The notes beneath the pieces were generated by a model. That model made no database searches, was not told the DNA's origin, and saw nothing but the letters and a program-made list of their open reading frames with translations. A DNA stretch of 63,852 nt, filler included, from Octopus bimaculoides (lineage: Eukaryota), in assembly GCF_001194135.2 (NCBI RefSeq). It is 6 parts of 6 records of this genome, joined end to end, with 100 filler letters (N's around TTAATTAATTAA, not from the genome) between each part and the next. Parts side by side here need not be neighbours in the genome. Positions count along the whole stretch, not along the records: positions 29,674 to 58,230 come from NC_068996.1; positions 58,331 to 61,623 come from NC_068988.1; positions 61,724 to 63,852 come from NW_026327029.1; 3 more parts are not named here. One strand, written 5' to 3'. The position numbers were made by a program, and so were the translations under genes. Below are positions 52,020-63,852 of the stretch, one piece after another (the stretch's first letter is position 1; each line of letters begins with the position of its first letter).

Positions 52020-52574
52020 TCATACACACATGTTATCTATCTGTATAGTATATCTTGTGTGTACAATTATATATATATGATTGCTACTGTTACAGTTTAG
52101 AATTCCATGTAGATTATCATCATTCAATCTACTTCCTGTATAGTTGTTGCTATTTTACTAGTTATGGTATACAGAGTAAATGTCGGAGAAATTATGATAA
52201 ACGTGCATTACTAGTTCCTACATATGTTTCACCATTGTGGCTGTTTGGAAGTCTGCATAGGATGATCCGAGTACAATTGTATGTTTAACTGCCACAGATC
52301 ATTACATTAGAGGAAGTTAATATCTGAAGTTGGGCAGATGGTGAGACTTTGATCTCACGAAAGAAAGAACAGGAAAGAAGGAGAGAAAGAAATGTTTATA
52401 GTTATCTTCTAGTTCTATCTATCTATGTGTCTATATATATATATGTACAAGTAGTTTCATTTATAGATTATGAGGTGTGAATTGCACAAGACAGCAAAGT
52501 CAATAACCACGTCTTTCTGAGGAAGGTTTTCAGCAAAAAATGAAAATAAATTAAAAATAAATAAGTAGAAGTAA

Positions 52575-52745
52575 GAGTGGTTGTGTGGTAAGTAGCTTGC
52601 TTACCAACCACATGCATTCGGGTTCAGTCCCACTGCGTGGCACCTTGGACAAGTGTCTTCTACTACAGCCTCGGGCTGACAAAAGCCTTGTGAGTGGATT
52701 TGGTAGACGGAAACTGAAAGAAACCACTTGTATATGTGTGTATGT
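52575..52745 (+). mobile_element. SINE family 1, 5' half; further heads at 12845-13000, 46665-46805, 47755-47905, 56085-56240 (+) and 36380-36490, 55640-55790 (-)
   Basis: GAGTGGTTGTGTGGTAAGTAGCTTGCTTACCAACCACATG..GGGTTCAGTCCCACTGCGTGGCACCTTGGACAAG. Confidence 0.8.
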
Positions 52746-52913
52746 GTGTAAGTTTGTGCCAATGCAGGAGAACTTCATGCAACCAATGTGGCTAATTAAG
52801 GTATCTAGTTCTGTGTTATAAGGTTTAATTGACCAGATCAAACTGGAGACAACGAGACAACACAGCATGTTTCTCAGTAAGCTTAATTCATGACATTATA
52901 TATATATATATGA

Positions 52914-53002
<89 letters not shown>

Positions 53003-53466
53003 TACATGCATGCATATTTATAAATATATACACACACACAATACATATATACATGTATNNNNNNNNNNNNNNNNNNNNNNNNNNNNNNNNNNNNNNNNNN
53101 NNNNNNNNNNNNNNNNNNNNNNNNNNNNNNNNNNNNNNNNNNNNNNNNNNNNNNNNNNNNNNNNNNNNNNNNNNNNNNNNNNNNNNNNNNNNNNNNNNNN
53201 NNNNNNNNNNNNNNNNNNNNNNNNNNNNNNNNNNNNNNNNNNNNNNNNNNNNNNNNNNNNNNNNNNNNNNNNNNNNNNNNNNNNNNNNNNNNNNNNNNNN
53301 NNNNNNNNNNNNNNNNNNNNNNNNNNNNNNNNNNNNNNNNNNNNNNNNNNNNNNNNNNNNNNNNNNNNNNNNNNNNNNNNNNNNNNNNNNNNNNNNNNNN
53401 NNNNNNNNNNNNNNNNNNNNNNNNNNNNNNNNNNNNNNNNNNNNNNNNNNNNNNNNNNNNNNNNNN

Positions 53467-53498
<32 letters not shown>

Positions 53499-53970
53499 GT
53501 ATTAATCAAATAGGAGATGGAATGTATATTAGACTTTATTAAGTACAACACGTTTTGACCCGTCTAATAAAATCTAATGAAGTCTATCTATTTTATTAAT
53601 ACTACTACCCCAACTGCAATTGCAATAAATCTATGGATAACAACAGGTAACCTAAACTGTGCTGGTGCCTTACTCATCATCTATTTATACATTTTGTATA
53701 ATTTTTCCATTATATATATATGTGTGTGTGTGTACATCTATGCATATGTTTAATTTTTCATCATGTTTACTTGTTACAGTTATTTGATTGTAGCCACGCT
53801 GGAGCATATCTAGAAGGGTTTAGTTGAACAAATTGATTCTGGTACTTTTTAAAGCCCGCTATGAATTCTATTAGTATCTTTGATGAACCATTGAGTTACA
53901 GGGATGCAAACAAACCAATGTTTGTTGTCAAGTGGGGGTATGAGACATAAAGAAAAACAAAAACAGAGAC

Positions 53971-53971
<1 letters not shown>

Positions 53972-54006
<35 letters not shown>

Positions 54007-54240
54007 TTAACATCCGTTTTCCATGCCGGCATGGGTAGGACATGGTTTGATGAGAGCTGGCATGGCTGGAGAGCTGGCATGGCTGGAGATCTGCACCAGG
54101 TTCCATTGTCTGCTTCGGCATGGTTCTAAGGCTGGATGCTCTTCCTAACATCGACCCTTTTCACAGAGTGTGTTGGGTTCTTTTTGTGTGAGATTAGCAC
54201 TGGTGGGGTCACCAAGTAGTTTTCAAGAGAAAGATGCCTT
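53972..54240 (-). mobile_element. RTE-tail retroposon fragment
   Basis: (CAT)n then TTTAACATCCGTTTTCCATGCCGGCATGGG...GCTGGATGCTCTTCCTAAC. Confidence 0.7.
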
Positions 54241-54327
54241 GATTGGGAGAGCAGCAGTATTGATGGAGGTGTCTTTGTGCCAGTCAAAGTATAATAGAGG
54301 CAGGGGAATAGGTGTCTTGCTACAGAG

Positions 54328-54408
54328 CAGCATTTCTCAACTGGGGTTCCCTGGAACCCTAGGGTTCTGCAAAAAGTTCCTAGGGGTTAGGGTTAGGGTT
54401 AGGGTTAG
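54328..54408 (+). repeat. hAT/Charlie-like terminal fragment running into interstitial telomeric repeat GGG(TTAGGG)3TTAG (54384-54408)
   Basis: CAGCATTTCTCAACTGGGGTTCCCTGGAACCCTAGGGTTC resembles Charlie-type ends; the TTAGGG units are read directly. Confidence 0.55.
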
Positions 54409-54459
54409 ATAAGAGAGTTAGATAAGATATGGTCATTTCAAAATGTAACCACATGTGAA

Positions 54460-54620
54460 TCGTTGGCGATTTTCTTCCTCTGTCTTCCCTTCTTTTGGAC
54501 TTTTCTCTATTTCCGAAGAAGAGCGTCTGCTCAAAACATTAAACCATCTTTTTTTCCTTTCCTGATCGTCTGCTAATACATTACATGTACCATGCACTCA
54601 CATTGTTGCTTTTTTGTTTG
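54460..54620 (+). mobile_element. Copy of the 618-800 repeat with degenerate hammerhead (54510-54543)
   Basis: UUU-CCGAAGA-A-GAGC gucu GCUC-AAAAC-AUU-AAA (G12A). Confidence 0.6.
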
Positions 54621-55844
54621 TTCTTTATGGACTTAGTATATATATGTATATATGTGTATATATATANNNNNNNNNNNNNNNNNNNNNNNNNNNNNNNNNN
54701 NNNNNNNNNNNNNNNNNNNNNNNNNNNNNNNNNNNNNNNNNNNNNNNNNNNNNNNNNNNNNNNNNNNNNNNNNNNNNNNNNNNNNNNNNNNNNNNNNNNN
54801 NNNNNNNNNNNNNNNNNNNNNNNNNNNNNNNNNNNNNNNNNNNNNNNNNNNNNNNNNNNNNNNNNNNNNNNNNNNNNNNNNNNNNNNNNNNNNNNNNNNN
54901 NNNNNNNNNNNNNNNNNNNNNNNNNNNNNNNNNNNNNNNNNNNNNNNNNNNNNNNNNNNNNNNNNNNNNNNNNNNNNNNNNNNNNNNNNNNNNNNNNNNN
55001 NNNNNNNNNNNNNNNNNNNNNNNNNNNNNNNNNNNNNNNNNNNNNNNNNNNNNNNNNNNNNNNNNNNNNNNNNNNNNNNNNNNNNNNNNNNNNNNNNNNN
55101 NNNNNNNNNNNNNNNNNNNNNNNNNNNNNNNNNNNNNNNNNNNNNNNNNNNNNNNNNNNNNNNNNNNNNNNNNNNNNNNNNNNNNNNNNNNNNNNNNNNN
55201 NNNNNNNNNNNNNNNNNNNNNNNNNNNNNNNNNNNNNNNNNNNNNNNNNNNNNNNNNNNNNNNNNNNNNNNNNNNNNNNNNNNNNNNNNNNNNNNNNNNN
55301 NNNNNNNNNNNNNNNNNNNNNNNNNNNNNNNNNNNNNNNNNNNNNNNNNNNNNNNNNNNNNNNNNNNNNNNNNNNNNNNNNNNNNNNNNNNNNNNNNNNN
55401 NNNNNNNNNNNNNNNNNNNNNNNNNNNNNNNNNNNNNNNNNNNNNNNNNNNNNNNNNNNNNNNNNNNNNNNNNNNNNNNNNNNNNNNNNNNNNNNNNNNN
55501 NNNNNNNNNNNNNNNNNNTATATATATAAAGAGAGAGCGCAAGAGAAATGATGGTGGTGATATGCTGGGTTATACCCATTAGGTATAATTGAGTGGGTAT
55601 GAATATAAGTGCTACAGAGGTTTGGACAGGTCGATGATGGACTTCCTTTAGTTTCCAACAACCAAATTCACTCACAGGCTTTGTACAGCCCTGTACTGTA
55701 GTTGAAGACATTAGCCTAAGGCACTATGGTGTATGACTGAACCCGGAACAATATGTTTGGAATGCAACCACACTACCATGCCTGTGCCTATGATAAGTAA
55801 AATATATGTATGTTTGTGAGAGTCAGTGGAACTTAAGCTCTGTT

Positions 55845-55880
<36 letters not shown>

Positions 55881-56344
55881 GACCTACATAAGAAGTGGAG
55901 CACAAATGAACTAAGAGAGAGTGGGTGGACATGTATAATGATATTAACTGATGATTGTTGGAAAGGGAGGGATAGAGTGATAGAGAGAGGGAAGGAAACA
56001 GAGGTGATGGCTGCTAGTATAGACAATTAATGCTTACTAAGGCAAGGCAAAACTATAATTGCTATAATGTCATCATATGTAGGCACAGGTACGGCTGCGT
56101 CATAAGAAGTTTGCTTTTATAACTACATGGTTCCAGGTTCAATTCTGCTGCATGGTACCAGGGGCAAATGTCTTCTTGTATTGTCCCAGGCTGACTAAAG
56201 CCTTGTGAGTAGATTTGGTAGGCAGTGCTGAAAAAAGGCTTAGTGGCAAAATCAATAAAATGAGTCCAGTGAACTTGATGCGAGGAGTGGAAAATCCTAT
56301 GTTTTGGGCATTGCTGTGATGGTGCAGACCAACACCAGCTCCAA

Positions 56345-56507
56345 TAGGTAGGTAGATGGATAGATGGATAGATAGATAGATAGACAGACAGATAGATAGA
56401 TAGGTAGATAGGTAGGTAGGCAGGTAAGTAGGTAGGTAGGTAGGTAGATAGGTAGGTATGTAGATAGATAGATATATAGAACGATAGATAGATAGATAGA
56501 TAGAACG

Positions 56508-56538
<31 letters not shown>

Positions 56539-56600
56539 GATAGATAGATAGATAGGTAGATAGATAAATAGATAGACGGATAGGTAAATAGATTGATAGA
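56345..56600 (+). repeat. (GATA/GGTA)n tetranucleotide microsatellite
   Basis: Direct inspection. Confidence 0.95.
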
Positions 56601-57783
56601 TGGATTAATGATGTGTATTTGTCTTTGGTTTTCTGCTTGTTCCTCACCATTGACTGACACAGCTTTTACTTTTTTGTTTAAGCTTGGTACGCAGTCTATT
56701 GCTCTCTTTTACTGGACCATTCATTTATAAGTTGTAAACAAACNNNNNNNNNNNNNNNNNNNNNNNNNNNNNNNNNNNNNNNNNNNNNNNNNNNNNNNNN
56801 NNNNNNNNNNNNNNNNNNNNNNNNNNNNNNNNNNNNNNNNNNNNNNNNNNNNNNNNNNNNNNNNNNNNNNNNNNNNNNNNNNNNNNNNNNNNNNNNNNNN
56901 NNNNNNNNNNNNNNNNNNNNNNNNNNNNNNNNNNNNNNNNNNNNNNNNNNNNNNNNNNNNNNNNNNNNNNNNNNNNNNNNNNNNNNNNNNNNNNNNNNNN
57001 NNNNNNNNNNNNNNNNNNNNNNNNNNNNNNNNNNNNNNNNNNNNNNNNNNNNNNNNNNNNNNNNNNNNNNNNNNNNNNNNNNNNNNNNNNNNNNNNNNNN
57101 NNNNNNNNNNNNNNNNNNNNNNNNNNNNNNNNNNNNNNNNNNNNNNNNNNNNNNNNNNNNNNNNNNNNNNNNNNNNNNNNNNNNNNNNNNNNNNNNNNNN
57201 NNNNNNNNNNNNNNNNNNNNNNNNNNNNNNNNNNNNNNNNNNNNNNNNNNNNNNNNNNNNNNNNNNNNNNNNNNNNNNNNNNNNNNNNNNNNNNNNNNNN
57301 NNNNNNNNNNNNNNNNNNNNNNNNNNNNNNNNNNNNNNNNNNNNNNNNNNNNNNNNNNNNNNNNNNNNNNNNNNNNNNNNNNNNNNNNNNNNNNNNNNNN
57401 NNNNNNNNNNNNNNNNNNNNNNNNNNNNNNNNNNNNNNNNNNNNNNNNNNNNNNNNNNNNNNNNNNNNNNNNNNNNNNNNNNNNNNNNNNNNNNNNNNNN
57501 NNNNNNNNNNNNNNNNNNNNNNNNNNNNNNNNNNNNNNNNNNNNNNNNNNNNNNNNNNNNNNNNNNNNNNNNNNNNNNNNNNNNNNNNNNNNNNNNNNNA
57601 TATATATATATATATATAAATATATATATTAGAGGAAAAAAGAACAAAAAACAAGACAGGACAAGTATCTCAAGTCATTTAGAATATTTAATTAGGGTAA
57701 GGTGAATTTGAAGTCTTACAGCTGTTTCTGGGATATCCCTAAGTGATAGGCTAGCATGTCCATACATTGGGTATTCCATTATA

Positions 57784-57836
<53 letters not shown>

Positions 57837-57872
57837 ATATATACATATATATATGTATATATGTATGTATGT

Positions 57873-58230
57873 ATAGAGTAACGTGGTGGTGGAACAAGGA
57901 GGTAGACAGGGCTATTAGACAAAAGAAACAAGCTTGGAAGGACTGGAAGAACGGTGGTAGCAGGGAATTGTACCAATGTGCCAGAAGGGAGGCTAGGCGA
58001 CAGGTTTATTTAGCCAGAGGGGAAGCAGATAAGGAAAGATTTGCCAATGTTCTGCGCCGTGAGGACCAAAGACTCGAGGTATTTCGGGTTGCAAGACAGT
58101 GTAGGAGAGAGAATAGTGATGTTGTAGGAGAGAAATGTGTTCGCATGGATGATGGTACGCTTGCATTAAATGAGGATGCAAAGAAAGAGGTCTGGAGATG
58201 CCACTACGATAGATTGCTTAATAAAGAGAA
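57873..58230 (+). mobile_element. RTE-clade LINE ORF fragment (linker between endonuclease and RT)
   Basis: RVTWWWNKEVDRAIRQKKQAWKDWKNGGSRELYQCARREARRQVYLAR...VFRVARQCRREN.DVVGEKCVRMDDG.L...KEVWRCHYDRLLNKE; open frame cut by the scaffold end. Confidence 0.85.
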
Positions 58231-58330
58231 NNNNNNNNNNNNNNNNNNNNNNNNNNNNNNNNNNNNNNNNNNNNTTAATTAATTAANNNNNNNNNNNNNN
58301 NNNNNNNNNNNNNNNNNNNNNNNNNNNNNN

Positions 58331-58376
<46 letters not shown>

Positions 58377-61300
58377 GAAGAAAGAGAGAGAGAAAGAGAG
58401 GAGACGAGAGAGATGGAGAGAGAGATATATGGATTACATAATAGAAAAGTATAGCAGTGTACTAGTACATAACGCCCAACTGTTGTATGTAATATTGCAA
58501 TTTCTCTCAGTACTATCTTAGTATATACGTATTTGTTTCAGTATTTCCAACCAGAGCATTGAATAGAACAATACATTTGCCGCGAAGTTTACTTTGTATT
58601 TTCTTCATCTCTTTTGCATTAGTAACATAAGAAATAGTCGACGTATGAAGCAGATATAATCAAATTTAAGCCACCTCATCGCTACACACATATGCGCAAA
58701 AAAACAAATCAATAGGACTAATCGCTCATTAATAGCTATTCCTCATTACCGATAGACAAATCAATTGAATTTATTCATCCGGAGCGTTCGAACGCATAAG
58801 TAAACAGTAATAATCATTTTCTTCCACACATAATAAATTTTAAGCATTTTTTTCTTATATACATATTTAGTTGTAAAAAAAGAACTATTATCGATCTGTT
58901 TTTTTAGCTATTCAACATTCTGTTTAGTTATTAGGTATATTTGTCTGTATGTCATAACGTCTGAGGTCAGCGCTATTTAAATACACACCCGCTGCCGCAT
59001 TCATGCGAATTACGACCACCATATAATCAATCAGCCTTGTTCTGCACATGTAACTATGCCTCCATGATCTTTGTCTATCAGTATGTTTTCTTTTTGTTTT
59101 TGTGTTGGCTGATGCGGGTTTCTTGTTTTTTGTATTAATTGGCGACCTCTTCGAAAACTTTTGCGAAATTTACGCGCCAACATCGACTCTATGTTTACTC
59201 TTTCTCGAGAATGTAGTATAAACAAAATGATGGTTGGTTGAAGCTGATGCGATAAACAATTATGCACATTACATACCAAACAAAATCAATACAAATAATC
59301 ATCCCTACGGAGTAGCTTCTAATTACTGATACATCAAGAGCTTGATTTAATTGATATTTTGCTTGATTTTGGTAAATAGTAATTACTGATTTGCTGCTTT
59401 CATAATAAATGTATTTTCGTTACTACATATTTATAGCTTTACTTACTTTTCTTAACGGTAATTCATAAAACATTTTAATGTTAATTTATTGTGTCGAGCG
59501 TAGCAAGACATTACATTGGCATATGTCATAGAAACTCAGATTGCGTTCGACCGATAGAATTCGTTCTATCCAGACGAATACGACCAAAGCGTTTAAACAA
59601 CAAAGGAACATAACAGAGACGCATTCTTATGTTTGTGAAGCGAACATTTTAACCACAGTGAAGCTGTGAACAGATGTTTTATACTCAAGTTTCAACATTC
59701 GTTGCATATGCAGATCGTTGTCGCCCAATGTTATTGTTCATAACACGTTTAGGGTAAGTGTTCTTAGATGAGAAGCTAGTACCAACACGAAATTCCATCT
59801 TAGTTTGAAGTATGCTGGTTGGCCAAGTATATTATCTACAGTCACTGAAAACAATAGTTATATTCACACATAGAACGAAATACATCTATTCATTCGAATA
59901 TTCTGTGTTCCAGATTGTAGAAAATTTCCTAAAATGCTTCTTTATCTCCATGTTTACTAACTGTCCACCTAAACCACACCTAATTATTATTCACACAGCT
60001 TTACCCACTAAAATAAATTCATTACTGAGTCAAAACATAATGTTTGAAAGTGAAAATATCCTGGGAGACAAAAGCGGAACCATGCTCGATGACAATGTAA
60101 CGTACCCAGAGCCATATGTTTCAGCCGCAGTTATCAGTGGTCTGCTAGTTGACACATTGGTTGCTTGGGACCAGGCAACAATCCACTATCCCTGTTCATC
60201 AAAGACAACTAAATGACAGTATTTCGATGATAATGTGTTTGTGCGTGTGTTTCTGATGATGTGCAGTCATGCGAATATATAGGCAGTTCAATATATATTT
60301 ATTCAAGTGAAAATTTCTGATCACGGATATTGCGCAATAATTCGAGTGTAATTTACTCACATACATAAATACATAGTTACGCGTACAACCACACATCCAC
60401 GAACAAAAAGCCATAAATGCAGAAATATTCACCAGCGCAAAAGCATATTTCCATATACATTCAAAATCACACAAATAAACGCACATTTAGTAAAGGCATT
60501 ATATCTTTCGCAATGTCATCAATTTATCCTCTGACACGTCACCACCTATCAGAACAGAAAATTTCAAATGTCCTTTCAAATACTTTTGATATAAAAAAAT
60601 ACTGATATTGACATAAATAAATATATGTATGGAAAATTCCAACCAATTTAAGTGACTTGTGCTTCGATTTGTTTTCGAAGAAAATTCATTTTATTTCATG
60701 TGATGAAAACAAGAAGAAAATTTATAAACACTAAATAAAATATCGTTTAAAATATGAAAAAAAATATATATGTCAAAATATTAGCAACGTATTTTAATCA
60801 ATGATTTGTAATATTTATTCTGAAAATACGTTTGAAGATTTGATTCAGAAATTAAACATTATATTGGTTCAAGTTACAAATTTGAATAGTGTCAAACATA
60901 TAAATGTCCTCTATTAACCGATATCATCTGAAAATAATTTATAAAATGTAAACAATTATAACCAGACTAAATATTAAAAAATGATAACGAGACTAAATGA
61001 TTGTCAGCATTTTGGTTACCAATATCAGTGTTTTCAATAAAACATCACATTAGATAAATTTTGTCGTCGTTCTACGATTGTATTCATAGAATAGGATTGT
61101 ATTGTTAAAGACACAGACATGCTGCTACTCTCTTTTGTATTAGATCAAAATGAATTGTGCGTTATCTAGATCATATTTAGCCCTAACTTCAAGCTGATTG
61201 AAAATAGGGCATCGTTCCTATTGTTAAAAAAAATATACCACCTAGCTCTCAAGTGATTTTATAGTATCCAATCTAGTGGTAAAAATCTCCTTTACCAATA

Positions 61301-61590
61301 ACCCATGTTCGCAATATGGTTGTAGGTGCTGCCCCTTCTCATCAGCTCAATCTGTCCGACACGTTAGCTTATTTGATCATACATAGTTGTATTCCTTTAT
61401 CATGACATTAGATAGTATGCAGTATAGATTATAGTCACTATAAATATTTTTATTAGAACTGGAAAGAAATATTTGAAACATATAGACATATTTCTTTGCT
61501 CTATACACAGTTTGTCAGAAGGACATATATATAAGCATGTATGTATTATTCATTATAATTGAACGCAACGCATCATTTTCGAAGCATGAG

Positions 61591-61623
<33 letters not shown>

Positions 61624-61723
61624 NNNNNNNNNNNNNNNNNNNNNNNNNNNNNNNNNNNNNNNNNNNNTTAATTAATTAANNNNNNNNNNNNNNNNNNNNN
61701 NNNNNNNNNNNNNNNNNNNNNNN

Positions 61724-63852
61724 ACAGAGGAACGAAAGAACGAACAAACGATCGAACGAAAGAATTAACGAACAAACGTACGTACGTATGTACGTTCGGA
61801 CGCACAAACGAACGAACGAACGTACGTACGAACAATCTAACGAAAGAACGAAAGAACTAACGAGGGTACGTACATACGTACCAACGAACGTACGTACGTA
61901 TATGCGTACGTACGAACTAACGAACGAACGTACGGACAAACGAACGAACGTACGTACGTATGAACGAACGACCGAACGAACGAACGAAAGAACGAACGTA
62001 CGTACGCACGAACAATCGTACGTACGACGTACAAACGAACGATCGAACGATCTAACGAAAGAACGAAGGTACGTACATACGAAGAAATGATATGAAGGAA
62101 CGAGCGAACGTACGAACGAACGAAAGAACGTACGTACGTAATTACGTATGTACGAACGCACGAAAGAACGTACTACGTAATTACGTATGTACGAACGAAC
62201 AAACGAACGAACGTACGTTCGTACCAACGTACTAACGAATGAACGAACGTACGTCCGTACGAATGAACGTAAGAACGAAGGAACTAATTTACGTACGTAT
62301 GAACGAACGATAAAACAAACGATTTAACGAACAAATGTAGGTACATACGTACGAACGAACGAACAGCCGTACGTACGAAGGAACGAGCGAACGAACGTAC
62401 GTTCGTACTAACGAAAGAAAGAACAAACGAACTAAAGAGCGAAATAAAGAAAAACGAACGTAAATACGTACGAACGAACGAGCGACCTTAGGTTTGAACG
62501 AACAGAGGAACGAAAGAACGAACGAACGATCGAACGAAAGAATTAACGAACAAACGTAAGTACGAAGGAACGTACGTACGTATGTACGTACGGACGCACA
62601 AAAGAACGATCGAACGAATGTACGTACGAACAATCTAACGAAAGAACGAAAGAACTAACGAACGTACGTACATACGTACCTGCGTACCAACGAACGTACG
62701 TACGTATATGCGTACGTACGCACGAATGAACAAACGAACGTACATACGTACGTACCTACGAACGAACGAACGAAAGAATAAACCAACGAATAAACGAACG
62801 TACGAACGAATGAACGAACTGAAGTACGTACGTACATACGAACGAAAGTACTATGTACGTACGAACGAACGAATGTACGTGCGTACGAACGAAAGAAAGA
62901 ACAAACGAACTAAAGAACGAAATAAAGAAAAAACGAACGTACGTACGTACGTAAATACGTACGAACGAAAGAATTAACGAACAAACGTACGTACGAACGT
63001 ACGGACAAACGAACGAACGTACGTGTGAACGAACGAAGGATCGAACGAACGAACGATCTATCGAAAGAACGAAGGTACGTACATACGAAGAAATGATATG
63101 AAGGAACGAGCGAACGTATGTACGAACGTACGTACGTAATTACGTACTACGTAATTACGTATGTACGAACGAACGAACGAACGCAGGAACGTACGTACGT
63201 TCGTACCAACGTACTAACGAATGAACGAACGTACGTCCGTACGAATGAACGTAAGAACGAAGGAACTAACGTACGTACGTATGAACGAACGATAGAACAA
63301 ACGATTTAACGAACAAATGTAGGTACATACGTACGAACGAACGAACAGCCGTACGTACGAAGGAACTAGCGAACGAACGTACGTTCGTACTAACGAAAGA
63401 AAAAACAAACGAACTAAAGAGCGAAATAAAGAAAAAACGAACGTACGCACGTAAATACGTACGAACGAAAGAATTAACGAACAAACGTACGTACGAACAA
63501 TTTAACGAAAGAACGAAAGAACTAACAAAGGTACGTACATACGTACCTGCGTACCAACGAACGTACGTACATATATGCGTACGTACGAATTAACGAACGA
63601 ACGTACGTAGATAAGTACGTACGCACGAATGAACAAACGAACGTACATACGTACGTACCTACGAACGAACGAACGAAAGAATAAACCAACGAATAAACAA
63701 ACGAACGTACGAACGAATGAACGAACTGAAGTACGTACGTACGTACGAACGAACGAAAGTACGTATGTACGTACGAACGAACGAATGTACGTGCGTACGA
63801 ACGAAAGAAAGAACAAACGAACTAAAGAACGAAATAAAGAAAAAACGAACGT
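61724..63852. repeat. CpG-rich compound tetramer satellite (ACGA/ACGT/AAAG/ACTA) with higher-order repeats
   Basis: The whole last piece is built from these tetramers; rare marker words recur at offsets of about 780-1010 bp. Confidence 0.9.

Noticed and set aside
59812-60216. 134-aa ORF (and the 82-aa ORF at 59031-59279)
   Set aside because: No recognisable domain or consistent splice structure.

Overview
AT-rich, microsatellite-dense eukaryotic DNA from a gappy draft assembly. The SINE and LINE families resemble those of octopus (coleoid cephalopod); this is an inference, not a database match. Five identical 100-bp pads (44 N + TTAATTAATTAA + 44 N) split the window into six joined pieces (1-14328, 14429-23509, 23610-29573, 29674-58230, 58331-61623, 61724-63852) whose true adjacency is unknown. 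The only recognisable host gene is three consecutive internal exons of a DHDH-like (Gfo/Idh/MocA family) dehydrogenase. One exon is on the minus strand and the next two are on the plus strand, inside an inverted copy of the sequence that flanks the N gap downstream of the first. The rest is transposon debris: Tc1, mariner, pogo/Tigger and hAT DNA elements; RTE, R4/Dong-like, Tx1-like and Penelope retroelements; and three tRNA-derived SINE families. Notable non-coding structure: seven type I hammerhead-ribozyme-like motifs in two architectures with covarying stems, several beside Penelope GIY-YIG remnants; a 93-bp-arm foldback hairpin flanked by a 14-bp direct repeat inside a SINE; a 14-bp array amplified inside a pogo-like MITE; a 45-bp minisatellite; and a CpG-rich tetramer satellite with higher-order repeats. 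No rRNA, true tRNA or CRISPR array is supported. Most long entries in the ORF track are microsatellite or N-gap artefacts.
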